Below, in pieces: positions 35,673 through 48,300 of a DNA stretch of 64,000 nucleotides. The position numbers and the translations under genes were made by a program. Below the pieces are notes generated by a model. That model saw only the letters and a program-made list of their open reading frames with translations, was not told where the DNA came from and ran no database searches. The stretch comes from a virus. The stretch spans positions 28,974 to 92,973 of IMG/VR virus record IMGVR_UViG_3300027763_000043; one strand, written 5' to 3'. How positions within the stretch are numbered: the stretch's first letter is position 1; each line of letters begins with the position of its first letter.

Positions 35673-38600
35673 TCAACTACCACTACTAATTCCAACACGT
35701 CTTTCAATTTCAAGTATTCTATTCTTGAGTTCTCTATTCTCAAAATCAAGTTCTTTGATTGCATTGACCATGATTGGAATTAGATTTGTTGTGCCAAGAG
35801 TATATTGATTTTTATCATTTGTATCAACAAGATTTGTATAAGGAACATTAAATTGTTCTACTATTTCCAGAACTTCCTGAGCAATGAAACCTGATGCCTC
35901 TTTACCTCTATCATTATCATTATTTCTATGATTCCATTCAAACTTACGTGGTTTAATATTTCTTAAGAAATCTCTACCAATTGATAGATCTTGAATATTC
36001 GTCTTATCACGTTGATCTGAAGTAAATGTCCAGGCAGAGGATGCTCCTTGGAAGCGAGCAAAATTAGTTCCGTTAGAAATAGTAACTTCATTAGATACTG
36101 TCGCAGATGATCCTTGAGCATTACAACCAATGATAACATTACAAGAACCAAGAGTATTGGTACATCCTGCTAGGCGTCCAAAGAAAGTATTATAAGTTCC
36201 ACCAGTTAGGTTTGCGCCAGCACTAGATCCGATTGCAATATTGCTACTTCCAGTAACTGGGTTAACAATACCTCTACCTGCTCCAAATCCTTCAAAGATA
36301 TTGCATGATCCACTAGTTGCATTACATCCAGCATAAGCACCAACGAAATTATTAAAACTTCCAGTTGTATTGCGTCCCGCATAACGACCTAAGAAAGTAT
36401 TGTGACATCCAGAAGTTAGGGAACGACCAGTTTGAGTTCCAATACCAATATTGTGTGAACCGGTTATTCCACCTGCACCACCACATCCAGAATAAGCGCC
36501 AATAAAGATATTATGAGTTCCAGAAGTATTGCAGAATCCAGCATTGCAACCAATAAAGGTATTAAAAGATCCAGTATTATTTCTTCCAGAACCAAAACCA
36601 AAGAAAGTGTTAAAGTCTCCAGCAGTAGCAGAAAATGCAGATAAATTCCCAATCGCAACATTATTGGATCCACTAGTATTAGATTGCCCCGCCTGAGATC
36701 CAAAATATACATTATGAGATGCAAGATTAACATCTCTTCCCGCCTGCAATCCAACAAAAAAGTTATGAGTACCATTATTAAAGAATCCTGCACACTGACC
36801 AATCATTGTATTGGAAGAGTTTGTAGAATTGCAGAATCCTGCACAACCACCAAAATAAGTATTATTATTTCCAGAAGTATTACAACGTCCTGCACCTTTA
36901 CCAAAGAAGTTATTATATGTTCCAGAATTATTACATAGACCTGCACAAGCACCAAAGAAGTTATTATAGTTGCCACTGTTATTACTACCACCACTGGCGC
37001 CGCCGCCTGCCATGGATCCGAAGAAGTTATTATGACAACCACTGGTATTATAACGACCAGCACCGTCACCAATAAAGTTGTTAAAATTGCCGTTAAAATT
37101 ATTACGTCCAGCAGAAACTCCAATTGCAACGTTAGAAGTTCCTGTAGTATTAGAACATCCAGCATAACGACCAATGAAGGTATTATCAACACCTGAAGTT
37201 AAGTTTGATCCAGCAGAAGTACCAATACCAATATTATTAGATCCAGTAATCGCACCACTTACACCTCTACCTGCATTAAATCCTATAAAAGTATTTGAAG
37301 ATGCTGTAGTATTATTACAACCCGCAGAAAATCCAAAGAAGTTATTATATCTTCCTGTGGTATTGCAACGTCCAGAATAAAAACCAAAGAAGTTATTATA
37401 AGACCCAATAGTATTAGCACGACCTGAACTTTGTCCAAAGAAGGTATTACTATTTCCAGAGATATTTGATGTTCCTGAACTATTACCAAAGAAGTTATTA
37501 TTAGATCCAATAGTATTAGAACATCCCGTAAACATTCCGAAGAAGTTATTATTAGGTCCAGTAGTATTATTACAACCCGAATAACGACCAAAGAAGTTAT
37601 TATTAGTTCCAGAATTATTACATAGTCCTGCACAAGCACCAAAGAAGTTATTACTAGATCCACTAGTTAAGTTTGCACCAGCAGAAGTACCAATGCCAAT
37701 GTTATTAGATCCAGTAACTGCTATTGCAGAAGAACCTCTACCAGCACCAAATCCAATAAAGGTATTATTGAATCCTGTAGTATTATTACATCCAGAATAG
37801 CAACCAAGGAAGGTATTATTACTTCCTGAGGTTAATAGTAATCCAGAACTAGATCCGATTGCAATATTATTACAACCAGTGTTTATTACTGCACCAGTAC
37901 CTCTAGCTGCTCCACATCCTGCAAAGAAGTTGTGTGCTCCTGAAGTAAGGTTACAACCAGCATTAAATCCAAAAATATTATTATAAGATCCAGTAGCATT
38001 TGCTCCAGCACAGAAACCAAAGAAATTATTATTTGAAGAAGTAGCAAATCTACCAGCAACAGCACCAAAGTAATTATTATTGATTCCAGTAATATTTGAA
38101 CAACCAGCAAATGTACCAAAGAAGTTATTATATCTTCCTGTAGTATTGAGACGCCCCGCTGCACAACCAGCAAAGAAATTTTGAGTACCAGAAGTAATAG
38201 AACATCCAGTAGAGTTATCACCAATTTTTATGTTATTATTTGGGAAACTTAAAGTTCCACCAATCGTAACAGTTGTTGTTGGATTTGTGGTTCCAATACC
38301 CAATGAACCAATTCCAGAAGGAACATAAACAAGATTGGTACTTACAAACAATGATGTGTTAAGACCAGAAGAAACTGATGAGAATCCAATAAATTGTGGA
38401 GTTGTTGCAGTAGATGTTATTACCGAAGCATTAGCTACACCAGCAGCACCAGTAATATTTTTTAAATTACTACCATCACCATGATATGTAAGTGCGCTTA
38501 CAATACCAGTAGAAGTAACAGTAAATGCAGTACCCACTTGCAATGCTGCTTGTGGATTTGTGGTTCCTATACCCACACCAGTAGTATTAGCTCTTAATTT

Positions 38601-41600
38601 TTCATTTGATGCTAATGTTCCGCCAGCAAATAATGAAACATACCTATTTACTTGTGCCGCACCAATGGATAAGTTTGTGTCTGATGTATATAAGTATCCA
38701 TCTAAAGGACCATTGATGGTCCAACCAACAAAGGAATATCCACTATTATTGATGCCTAAGTCAATAAAATTTGTAGTATCAGTTCCATTATTGGCAGTAG
38801 CAATAATATCAGTGGATGCATTGACACCATTACTTGCGTTTCTGGTATTGATTTGAGAAAAACTATTTGTATTTGTAGTGAAGTCTGCAATTACATTACT
38901 TAAATTTGGGGATGGAGCAGTGCCAATAGCAACAGTAAGGGGATAAATTGGATTATCAGTTCCAATACCGACAGAACCTACACCAGTTACAACAAATCCA
39001 GTTTGTCCAGTACCAACTTGGAGAGAATGTGCTGGATAGAAAGTTCCTATTCCAAACCTATTAGCAGCAGGAGATATAATTGATCCACCAGAATCTACAT
39101 CAAATAGAATTCTTCCAGCAGAATCCGCTACACGGAACAATGATCCATCACTTAAGTTATCATTAACTAATAATAGTGATGTATTTGCAGCACTAACAAC
39201 TTGAAGTTTTGCTGTTGGATTATTAGTTCCAATACCAAGTCCAGTAGAATTTATGATCCCAAATGTTCCACCAACACCCACATCCAACTCTGTTCTGGCA
39301 GTAATAATACCAGAGGAATTAATATTACTAAATCCAACAGCAGTTAATATACCAGTAACTAGAACATCACCACCAACAGTTAACTTACTAGTAGGATTAT
39401 TAAATGTAGTAGATCCAATACCAAGATTACCTGCAATTGGTATAATGATAGTACCAGAATTATCTACATCAAATAATACATTAGCGTTTGAATCCGCTAC
39501 ACGGAACAATGATCCATCACTTAAGTTATCATTAACAAGTAACAATGAGTTTCCTGTAGAAGTGTTCGCAATTGATAATCTACCAGTTGGAAGAGAAGTA
39601 CCAATACCAACTGAGATTGTAGATGGTTCATAATGAAAATATTTACCTCCAGTAAAAGCACCACCAACATTAATTTGAACTTGTCCTGAAGTACCTGCTG
39701 CACCAGTAACTGTTCCGGCAACCTTAGCAGTTAGTATACCAGTGATGATTGCATCACCAAAAACATGTAATTTACTAGTAGCACCGCCACTAGATATACC
39801 AACATTGCCGCTAGCATCAACATCTAATAACAAATTAGCGTTTGCATCCGCTACACGGAATAATGCTCCATCACTTAAGTTATCGTTAACAAGTAATAAT
39901 GATCCTCCGGTAGATGTATTGGCAATTGATAATCTACCTGATGGTGCAGATGTACCAATGCCAACAGAAACTGTGGATGGATCATAATTAAAATATTTTG
40001 CTCCAGTAAAAGCGCCGCCAACATTAACTTGAATTTGTCCTGAAGTACCTGCTGCACCAGTAACTGTTCCGGCAACCTTAGCAGTTAGTATACCAGTGAT
40101 GACAGCATTGCCATCAACAAACATGCTGCCACCAACATATAACTTACTAGTTGGTGTCAAGACTGTAGTACCAATACCAACATTACCAGTGATCGGCATA
40201 ACGATGGTTCCACCACCGTCCACATCAAATAATGGATTACCAGTATTATCATTTACACGGAACAATGATCCATCACTTAAGTTATCATTAACAAGTAATA
40301 ATGAGTTTCCTGTGGAAGTGTTAGCAATTGATAATCTACCTGATGGTGCAGATGTACCAATGCCAACAGAAACTGTGGATGAATCATAATGGAAATATTT
40401 GGCTCCACTAAACGCACCGCCAACATTAACTTGAATTTGTCCTGAAGTACCTGCCGCACCAGTAACTGTTCCGGCAACTCTAGCGGTTAATATACCAGTA
40501 ACAGTGGCATTGCCACCAATAAGCATATCTCCAGTAAAAGAACCACCACCAGCAACTTGCAACTTACTAGTTGGAGAAATAACTGTAGTACCAATACCAA
40601 CATTACCAGTGATGGGCATAATGATTGTTCCACCAGCATCCACATCAAACAATGGATTGCCAGTATTATCATTTACACGGAACAATGATCCATCACTTAA
40701 GTTATCATTAACAAGTAATAATGAGTTTCCTGTGGAAGTGTTAGCAATTGATAATCTACCTGATGGTGCAGATGTACCGATACCAACCGAAACTAAGGAA
40801 TCATTGTAGTGAAAATATTGCGCACCAGAAGTAAGTCCAGATTTATTAAATTGAACTTGACCTGGAGAACCTCCTGCTCCACCAGTATTAATACCAGTTA
40901 TCTTACTTCCATCACCACTAAATTGATTTGCAGTAATAACACCACTAACATTAACATTACCTTGAACGATTAATTTTTGTGTAATATTTGTAGAAGTTCC
41001 AATACCAACGTTAAATGTCAGTTTATCAAAATTAAAGAATGATGCTCCAGCAAATGCCCCATTATCATTAAATTGAACTGTTCCAGTTGGTCCCGTCGCT
41101 GCCAAACCAGCAGCAGAACCTACAACAGGACCCCAAACAACCTTTGTACCATCTCCACTTATTTTTAATGCCTGATTTGCGCTTCCGGCAAAACCATCAT
41201 TATCAAGAAATAAACCACCAAGAGATATTGAAGTAACGCCCAATCTTTTTGTAGAAGGTTGAAAACTCAATGATCCCGCAGTACCAATTCCAAGTACAGA
41301 AGTATTTCCCGTTCCTAATACAAAGGTAAGGAATTGTGTTGCTGTTGAACTGGTTGTAGCAACACCAACAGACGCACTAGAATCGGACCATTCAATACCA
41401 GTTCCTGTCGATTTAAGAAATTTATTGTTTCCTGTAGAGTTTAATCTATCAATAAGAGCGCCAGTAATTCTAACATCACCCTGAACATGTAGAGTATTTG
41501 TTGGTACTGTGGTTCCAATACCCAATGAACCAACTCCAGAATTTCCAGGAGTAAAAACTAATGTAGGACTTGCAAAAAATGAAGTATTAACACCAGAAGA

Positions 41601-42215
41601 AGTTGTTGAGAATCCAATGAATTGTGGTGTTGTTGCAGAAGATATTGCTAGACTATTTGGAACCAATCCACTTAGATTACTACCATCACCAAAATATTTC
41701 AATGCTTTTACAGTACCATCATCAGATACGGTAAATCCAGTACCAACTTGAAAACTATCTGCCGGCGTATTTGTTCCGATGCCAACTCTACCCTGAAGTG
41801 GATTAAAAACAAATCTTTTACTTGAAACTCTTACATTAGTTTGTACTCCTGACGAAACAGTTACAAATGTAGGAAATACATTTGTGGCAGTTAAATTATC
41901 ATCATCAATAGTTATGGAATTAGCAGTACTCCAAGTAACACCAGATCCTGTAGATACTAATATTTCCCCACTATTTCCAGTTCTATTAGTTCTATCATAA
42001 ACTGCTCCACTAATATTCAAATTACCATTGGCATTTATAGTATTAGCATTCAAAACCCCGAAATTACCAGTACTATAGGTTACGTCAGTTCCACTCAATG
42101 AAGAAATAGATGCTACACCTATTCTTATACTTTGAATGGTTTCAGTACCACTTACATTTAAATCCTTAACCTCTAAGGGTTCGTTTGAATTGTGACTAAA
42201 CTGATTGATTGCCAT
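35673..42215 (-). CDS. Long tail fibre with beta-roll repeats and C-terminal intramolecular chaperone (peptidase S74)
   Basis: VGIGT repeats; ~14-aa N.FFG..AG repeats; TSDQRDKTNI...GFIAQEV...AIKEL coiled coil. Confidence 0.88.
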   Translation of the reverse strand: MAINQFSHNSNEPLEVKDLNVSGTETIQSIRIGVASISSLSGTDVTYSTGNFGVLNANTINANGNLNISGAVYDRTNRTGNSGEILVSTGSGVTWSTANSITIDDDNLTATNVFPTFVTVSSGVQTNVRVSSKRFVFNPLQGRVGIGTNTPADSFQVGTGFTVSDDGTVKALKYFGDGSNLSGLVPNSLAISSATTPQFIGFSTTSSGVNTSFFASPTLVFTPGNSGVGSLGIGTTVPTNTLHVQGDVRITGALIDRLNSTGNNKFLKSTGTGIEWSDSSASVGVATTSSTATQFLTFVLGTGNTSVLGIGTAGSLSFQPSTKRLGVTSISLGGLFLDNDGFAGSANQALKISGDGTKVVWGPVVGSAAGLAATGPTGTVQFNDNGAFAGASFFNFDKLTFNVGIGTSTNITQKLIVQGNVNVSGVITANQFSGDGSKITGINTGGAGGSPGQVQFNKSGLTSGAQYFHYNDSLVSVGIGTSAPSGRLSIANTSTGNSLLLVNDNLSDGSLFRVNDNTGNPLFDVDAGGTIIMPITGNVGIGTTVISPTSKLQVAGGGSFTGDMLIGGNATVTGILTARVAGTVTGAAGTSGQIQVNVGGAFSGAKYFHYDSSTVSVGIGTSAPSGRLSIANTSTGNSLLLVNDNLSDGSLFRVNDNTGNPLFDVDGGGTIVMPITGNVGIGTTVLTPTSKLYVGGSMFVDGNAVITGILTAKVAGTVTGAAGTSGQIQVNVGGAFTGAKYFNYDPSTVSVGIGTSAPSGRLSIANTSTGGSLLLVNDNLSDGALFRVADANANLLLDVDASGNVGISSGGATSKLHVFGDAIITGILTAKVAGTVTGAAGTSGQVQINVGGAFTGGKYFHYEPSTISVGIGTSLPTGRLSIANTSTGNSLLLVNDNLSDGSLFRVADSNANVLFDVDNSGTIIIPIAGNLGIGSTTFNNPTSKLTVGGDVLVTGILTAVGFSNINSSGIITARTELDVGVGGTFGIINSTGLGIGTNNPTAKLQVVSAANTSLLLVNDNLSDGSLFRVADSAGRILFDVDSGGSIISPAANRFGIGTFYPAHSLQVGTGQTGFVVTGVGSVGIGTDNPIYPLTVAIGTAPSPNLSNVIADFTTNTNSFSQINTRNASNGVNASTDIIATANNGTDTTNFIDLGINNSGYSFVGWTINGPLDGYLYTSDTNLSIGAAQVNRYVSLFAGGTLASNEKLRANTTGVGIGTTNPQAALQVGTAFTVTSTGIVSALTYHGDGSNLKNITGAAGVANASVITSTATTPQFIGFSSVSSGLNTSLFVSTNLVYVPSGIGSLGIGTTNPTTTVTIGGTLSFPNNNIKIGDNSTGCSITSGTQNFFAGCAAGRLNTTGRYNNFFGTFAGCSNITGINNNYFGAVAGRFATSSNNNFFGFCAGANATGSYNNIFGFNAGCNLTSGAHNFFAGCGAARGTGAVINTGCNNIAIGSSSGLLLTSGSNNTFLGCYSGCNNTTGFNNTFIGFGAGRGSSAIAVTGSNNIGIGTSAGANLTSGSSNNFFGACAGLCNNSGTNNNFFGRYSGCNNTTGPNNNFFGMFTGCSNTIGSNNNFFGNSSGTSNISGNSNTFFGQSSGRANTIGSYNNFFGFYSGRCNTTGRYNNFFGFSAGCNNTTASSNTFIGFNAGRGVSGAITGSNNIGIGTSAGSNLTSGVDNTFIGRYAGCSNTTGTSNVAIGVSAGRNNFNGNFNNFIGDGAGRYNTSGCHNNFFGSMAGGGASGGSNNSGNYNNFFGACAGLCNNSGTYNNFFGKGAGRCNTSGNNNTYFGGCAGFCNSTNSSNTMIGQCAGFFNNGTHNFFVGLQAGRDVNLASHNVYFGSQAGQSNTSGSNNVAIGNLSAFSATAGDFNTFFGFGSGRNNTGSFNTFIGCNAGFCNTSGTHNIFIGAYSGCGGAGGITGSHNIGIGTQTGRSLTSGCHNTFLGRYAGRNTTGSFNNFVGAYAGCNATSGSCNIFEGFGAGRGIVNPVTGSSNIAIGSSAGANLTGGTYNTFFGRLAGCTNTLGSCNVIIGCNAQGSSATVSNEVTISNGTNFARFQGASSAWTFTSDQRDKTNIQDLSIGRDFLRNIKPRKFEWNHRNNDNDRGKEASGFIAQEVLEIVEQFNVPYTNLVDTNDKNQYTLGTTNLIPIMVNAIKELDFENRELKNRILEIERRVGISSGS
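39110..40890 (-). repeat. Four to five copies of a ~120-140-aa fibre module
   Basis: Recurring GQ.Q.N.GG.F.GA.YF.Y...VGIGTS.P.GRLSIANTSTG.SLLLVNDNLSDG.LFRV. Confidence 0.85.
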
Positions 42216-42238
42216 AGTTTTTGAAGATTATACAGAAA

Positions 42239-45200
42239 TTATGCTTGTGCTTCGGTCCAAGAAAGGCGAGTTAATAGATTTACTCCTGTACCTGGAGTCA
42301 AGTTTGTTGCAGTAATTGTAAGAACATCAGGCCCATCTGGATAGATTTGAGTATTGGAATTTACTCCTCCACCACCAAGAATAGAATTTCCCAAATCTCT
42401 AACGGTAGAAAGGTCTAATGTACTTGTACTATTAACAAAGAATCCTGCAATAACTTCACCACCATTTACAGAAGTATTTCCACCAGCATAATCTGCAATT
42501 TGTGCCAAACTAGAGTTTTGAACTCCAGATACATTACCAACAGCATTCGTCCAAGTTGTTGTACTAGACGGAATTCCATTCAAAAATGCCCTAACCAGAA
42601 CGTTTGCAGTTGAAATACCTGCAATCGAAACACCCAAAGTACGGAGAACCAACTGCATTCTATTCGTCAATTCTCTTTGTCCAAATGCCGCCGCAACACC
42701 ACTATCAGCCGATGGTGCCACACGAATTGATAGTAGTGCTTTAGTTTGACCAGGAGTAAGATTAGTTGTAGTCTGCTGCCCAAAAGTAAAGATCAATGAT
42801 TTATCATCATCAAATCTTCCATCCATAATCACACTTGTACCCCAGTGAGAAATTGAAGGTGCATATGATGGGAATGCAAATTCAACTGGAATTGGTGAAA
42901 CTGTAGAAGTCGTAAATGATTGTCCAGATGTTGCACCCATCGGAGCAAATGTTACTGCAATACCAGAAAGTGTTGCAGTTGCCGACTGACTGAATGTAAG
43001 TGTACCAGAACCAATTGAACTTACAAAAGTTCCTTCAGGAATTGAACTACCAATTATTTTTTGACCAATTTGAATATTTGTTGTAGTTGCAGTTGCCACA
43101 TTAGAGTTCTGTGTCACCGAAATAGGAGTAACTGCTCCAGGACGTGCCCTGGTTAACCCAGTAAACGATGAACCAGAAATACCAGTATAATTTACATATT
43201 CATAATTTCCAGAACCAAAAGCATTATCACGAATAAGCAATGTCCCCCTTGTTGGGAATCCAGATGTACTTCCAACATTGATTGTAGTATCACTTGGTCC
43301 AATTGAGGAAGTCAAATAAGTTGCAGGAGGAATAGTTGATGTTTCATAACGTGCTGGAAGATTACCAGAACGCATATATGCTTCGGTATTGACATTATTA
43401 TTGATTAGTTTATGCACATAAATCACATTACCATCTGGACCTCTAAATCCCCAACGAACAAAACCTGCACCATACCAAGAATAATCAATATAGAACATTT
43501 GCATCTTGCTAAGATCAATATTGAATCCAGAAGGTCCAGTACCATCACACTTATCAATATTCCAAGATGATTGTGGAATTCTCGTATCCACAGTTTTTGA
43601 TGGAATTACAAACGTCGAACTTGCGCCCCTGTATCCAGGACTGATTCTTAATTGAGTATCGTTCTCAATATCAATTACACGATATGATTGTCCACGAAGA
43701 ACAATATAATCACCAACATTAATTTGCTTAGAAAACGCAGTTGGGAATGCTGCATCAGTTTGGAATACAGTATTTGAATTTTGGGATACAGTAACTTTAC
43801 CAGAAAGTTGATATGTAGAATTTCTGCGAACTGCATAAAGAGTTTGCCCATCATATTCAAAAAATAATCCATTTTGTTGATCAAAAACACCCAATCTAGT
43901 CGCAGAACCATACCAATTATTAACTGTCATGATATAATTTCCACTTGCTTTAGTTGTACTCAATCCAACTGTAGAAGCAAATGAAACTCTATTATATCCA
44001 GTCACTCCAGATACCATAAATGCACCATTATAACCAGTTTCATTTGCTCCACTAATAACTAATTCTGTTCCTGGTGTTACAAATTGAATATTATGAATAT
44101 CTTTTGTTTGAACTGTAATTGTACTTCCTATACTTAACCCAGAAGAAGTGATAGAATCAATTTGGATATTTGGTTTTAAAATAGTACCAGAACTTACCTG
44201 AATACCTTTTCCAGATTGATAACGGAAATATCTTCTGGTTTGGCGAATTGCCTGTTCAAAATTAGAAGCTCCATTACTACTGAATAATATACCACCATCA
44301 AATGGGCGATGTAGGAATTGTGCTCCTGGAAGTACAAAAAGTGACCCCCCTGTTGGAGTTCCGCCAGGAGGAGTGAGAGTATAAATTGTAAATACTGTTG
44401 GACTATTAATGCTAGATACAATAAATGTACCATTTACTGCCGTTTGTGTTGTTCCTGTAATTGCAATTTCATTACCTAATGAAAGTCCATGCCTATCTGT
44501 TGTGGTTACAGTAACTGCAATTCCTGCACCAACAGTAAATCCAGTGATAGGAATCTGAGAACTTACATAAGTTGATCCACTATAAATTCCTGTTTTATTT
44601 GAATCAAAAATATTTGTAATACCCGTACTATTTTGTGCCTTTGCAGTATATGTAAATTGGGTTGCGGATGGTGTAGTTTCTACCAAATAATTTCCATTTG
44701 CGATGCTAAGAATAGAATCTTGAACATAGATAGCAGTTCCAACTCCAGGACGAGAACTACCAGAAACGAGGTCAACAACGACTCCCTTTTGATTGGCGGC
44801 CATTGTAATAGAATTGATTGTTGCAATACCCACAGAAGATGGGAATGCAAATGGACGATTATTAACCATTCCAAGATTTTCCCACTTGGTGATTTGAGTA
44901 CCATACTCAAAGTCAGTATCAATCAGTGCTTGTGCTGTTGATGTACGAAATTTATTTACCGGATCAATATAAGTTTCAGAAGGAGTAAATTTCTCATCAT
45001 ACTCATCAATGGTAATTTGCAACTTATCAGTTGCACTCATTGAAATTGTATTATAATTCAATAATATAGTAGTTATATTTGTTCCTGCCGTTGATGATGT
45101 ACTATAAGAAGTTGCTCTCAAATTTGGATCACTAAAATTATAGATTACCTGATTATTTGTTACGTTTGTAATTAATACTATTCTTTCTCTCGGAATAATA

Positions 45201-45280
45201 CGAGGAATTATGATTGAACCACTACCACTACCACCAGGAGTAAATATATAACCAGTTTCAAGTAATACTTTTCTCGCCAT
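42239..45280 (-). CDS. Virion structural protein
   Basis: LIDTDFEYG.Q.TKWE, RQTRRYFRYQSGKG, QMFYIDYSWYGAG, HWGTSVIMDGRFD; TATAAATA at 45323-45330. Confidence 0.75.
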   Translation of the reverse strand: MARKVLLETGYIFTPGGSGSGSIIIPRIIPRERIVLITNVTNNQVIYNFSDPNLRATSYSTSSTAGTNITTILLNYNTISMSATDKLQITIDEYDEKFTPSETYIDPVNKFRTSTAQALIDTDFEYGTQITKWENLGMVNNRPFAFPSSVGIATINSITMAANQKGVVVDLVSGSSRPGVGTAIYVQDSILSIANGNYLVETTPSATQFTYTAKAQNSTGITNIFDSNKTGIYSGSTYVSSQIPITGFTVGAGIAVTVTTTDRHGLSLGNEIAITGTTQTAVNGTFIVSSINSPTVFTIYTLTPPGGTPTGGSLFVLPGAQFLHRPFDGGILFSSNGASNFEQAIRQTRRYFRYQSGKGIQVSSGTILKPNIQIDSITSSGLSIGSTITVQTKDIHNIQFVTPGTELVISGANETGYNGAFMVSGVTGYNRVSFASTVGLSTTKASGNYIMTVNNWYGSATRLGVFDQQNGLFFEYDGQTLYAVRRNSTYQLSGKVTVSQNSNTVFQTDAAFPTAFSKQINVGDYIVLRGQSYRVIDIENDTQLRISPGYRGASSTFVIPSKTVDTRIPQSSWNIDKCDGTGPSGFNIDLSKMQMFYIDYSWYGAGFVRWGFRGPDGNVIYVHKLINNNVNTEAYMRSGNLPARYETSTIPPATYLTSSIGPSDTTINVGSTSGFPTRGTLLIRDNAFGSGNYEYVNYTGISGSSFTGLTRARPGAVTPISVTQNSNVATATTTNIQIGQKIIGSSIPEGTFVSSIGSGTLTFSQSATATLSGIAVTFAPMGATSGQSFTTSTVSPIPVEFAFPSYAPSISHWGTSVIMDGRFDDDKSLIFTFGQQTTTNLTPGQTKALLSIRVAPSADSGVAAAFGQRELTNRMQLVLRTLGVSIAGISTANVLVRAFLNGIPSSTTTWTNAVGNVSGVQNSSLAQIADYAGGNTSVNGGEVIAGFFVNSTSTLDLSTVRDLGNSILGGGGVNSNTQIYPDGPDVLTITATNLTPGTGVNLLTRLSWTEAQA

Positions 45281-45331
45281 TTAAAAAAATCCCCTATCTT
45301 ATGTGTTTTACTTGTGTTACTTTATTTATAA

Positions 45332-48300
45332 CTAGAACATTATGTCCAATGCTTTGAATGGATATTTTCTTGGAAGTATTGAATTAGATCCTACAGTGGT
45401 TTTAATCACAACTTGTGTCCCTACGGGAAGTGATTCTGTAAATTTAATATACCCATCATAATCAATTGTATATCCATCATTCGTACACAATAAACTAGTA
45501 TTCCAAACATATTCACTATTATGAATATACGCAGATTGAAGAACACCATTTATAGTAATCAATAATCTAAATGGATTTTCAATCAGAACAGTATTATAAT
45601 TATATTTTGGGACAAAAGTATTACTATAACCATTAGTTGCAGAAGTAATGTCATCCAATTCATATAAATCACCAATACTGGCAGTAAGATTAGTGAGTTG
45701 AGATCCATCGCCATAATAAGTAATGATACCAGTAGTTGCTTTTATAGTACCGGAAGAAATCTTAACTGTACCTAATGTAGCAATACCAGAAATATTTAAA
45801 GAAGTTCCTGCAATATCCGAACCACTTATAGTCCCACTACCAATTAATGCTCCATTAACATAAAATCCATTAGCAGAAGTAACACTACCGATAAAATAAC
45901 CACTACCACCAACCCAGAGTTTAGATGTTGGATTTGTGGTCCCAATTCCCAAACTTGAAGTAGAAGCATTGAAGATTAGATTTGGATTTGAATTTAATGA
46001 TGCAGTGGGATTTGCATCTGGTGTTTGGGAAAATACAATACTTGTTGATGTATTTGTTGTATTTGTTGAAAGAGCCACACTCTGAGCAGATGCCGCAGAC
46101 CCAATTCCAGTTAGTTTTGAACCATCACCATAATAAACAACAGTAGTAATTCCAGGATTTGATGATGTTATAATACCTAAAATACCATCAATTAATATAC
46201 CAGTAGATCCAACACCAACCGTAGCAATACCAGAAACACTGAGGTTATTGGATGCTTTAATACTACCAAATACATCTAAATTTGTAGTTGGATTTGTAGT
46301 TCCAATGCCAAGATAACTCAGAGCAGGATTGAATACGATAGAATTAGATGATACCGAAATGCTAGAAATCGTTCCACTATTATTTTGAGATAGTAAAGGA
46401 TAATAAGTTTGATTAGTATCAATATTTGAAATTATACTTGGAATATTACCCGTCAGATTAGATCCATCACCATAATAAACAACAGTAGTAATTCCAGGAT
46501 TTGATGATGATATAATACCAGTAATACCATTAATTAATATACCAGTAGATCCAACACCAACCGTAGCAATACCAGTAACATTAAGTTTCTGCGATGTTAA
46601 ATCAGTGGTACTAGTGACTCCTAAGGTAGTGATGCCAGAAACATTTAACTGTTTTGAAGTTAAACTGGTAGTACTAGTGATTCCAAGAGTAGAAATTCCA
46701 GAAACATGAAGTTGAGTAACTGATGCAATGCCACCAATAACATTTTCAGCAGTAAGAGCAACACCAACAGAATTACCTTGAGCTACTGGAGAACCATTGA
46801 TATCACCATAAAATGTAATAATACCAGAATTATTTGCTCTTATAGTACTAGAAGAAATATTAAATGCACCTATTGTACCAATTCCAGAAATACTTAATCC
46901 AGTACCTACAATATCTGCACCGGTTATAGATCCACCACCAATTAATGCCCCATTAACATAAAAACCAGAAGAAGTAACAATTCCAGTAAAGTAACCATCA
47001 CCTTCAACAAAAAGTTTAGATGATGGATTAGTTGAACCAATTCCAACATTAAATAAACTATTACCAATAATCCAAGAATTAGTTCCAGAACCAATTTTTA
47101 ATTGATCAGAACCAGTTGTGTCTGGTAATTGAACCTCAAATCCAATTGCAATGTTTCTATCACCAGCAGTTTGAGTGCATCCCGAACGAGTACCAAAGAA
47201 AGTATTATGCCATCCGTTCGAATTGGATCCCGAATGTTTACCAAAAAAGTTATTATATCTTCCAGTAACAACATTAATACCCGCCCACATTCCAAAGAAA
47301 TTATTATATTTACCGGTAGTGGCATTTTCTCCCGCACCAAATCCAAAAAAGTTATTATAAGATCCAGAGGTTATAGTTTTTCCAGCACCAGCACCAAATA
47401 TATTATTATGTTTACCACTAGATTGTCCAGATTGCCCTTTACCTGCTTCTTTACCAAAGAAATTATTGTAACATCCAGTAGTATTATAATATCCCGCAGA
47501 TTCACCAAAGAAATTATTCCATTTTCCAGTAGTATTATATCTTCCTGCTCCAGAACCGGCAAAAAAGTTATGAACCCCAGAAGTAATAGAACATCCAGTG
47601 GTATTATCACCAATTCTTATGTTATTATTTGTAAAACTTAAAGTTCCACCAATAGAAACAGTTGTTATTGGATTTGTGGTTCCAATACCCAATCTAGATC
47701 CAGAAGCATTAAATACTAAATTTGGATTAGTTTTTAATGTTGCTGCAATACTAACAGTAGGATCTGTTGCAAAAATTATGCTTGTAGTTTGATCACTTAG
47801 ATCAACTTCAATACTAACAGTCTGCGCCTGGGCAGCAGTACCAATACCAGTAAGTTGGGATCCATCACCATAATAGAAAACAGTACCAACACCCATATTT
47901 GCAGATGTTACAATACCCAATCCATTCTCAGATTTAATTAATACTCCATCAAATCCACCAAAGGTAGAAATACCAGAAACATTAAGTTTTTGTACTGTTA
48001 AATCAGTGGTACTGGTAACTCCTAATGTAGAAATACCGGAAACAGTAATATTAGTTACAATACCCGATGTAACATTAAGATTCGTAATAGTACCAGCAAT
48101 ACCAGTCAGGTTGGTTACAATGCCCGATGTAACATTAAGGTTAGTGATAGTACCCGCTACACCAGTTAGGTTAGTTACAATACCAGATGTTACTGTAAGG
48201 TTAGTGATAGTACCCGCTACACCGGTAATATTGGTAATAATACCCGATGTAACGGTAAGGTTAGTAATCGTACCGGCAATACCAGTCAGGTTAGTTACAA

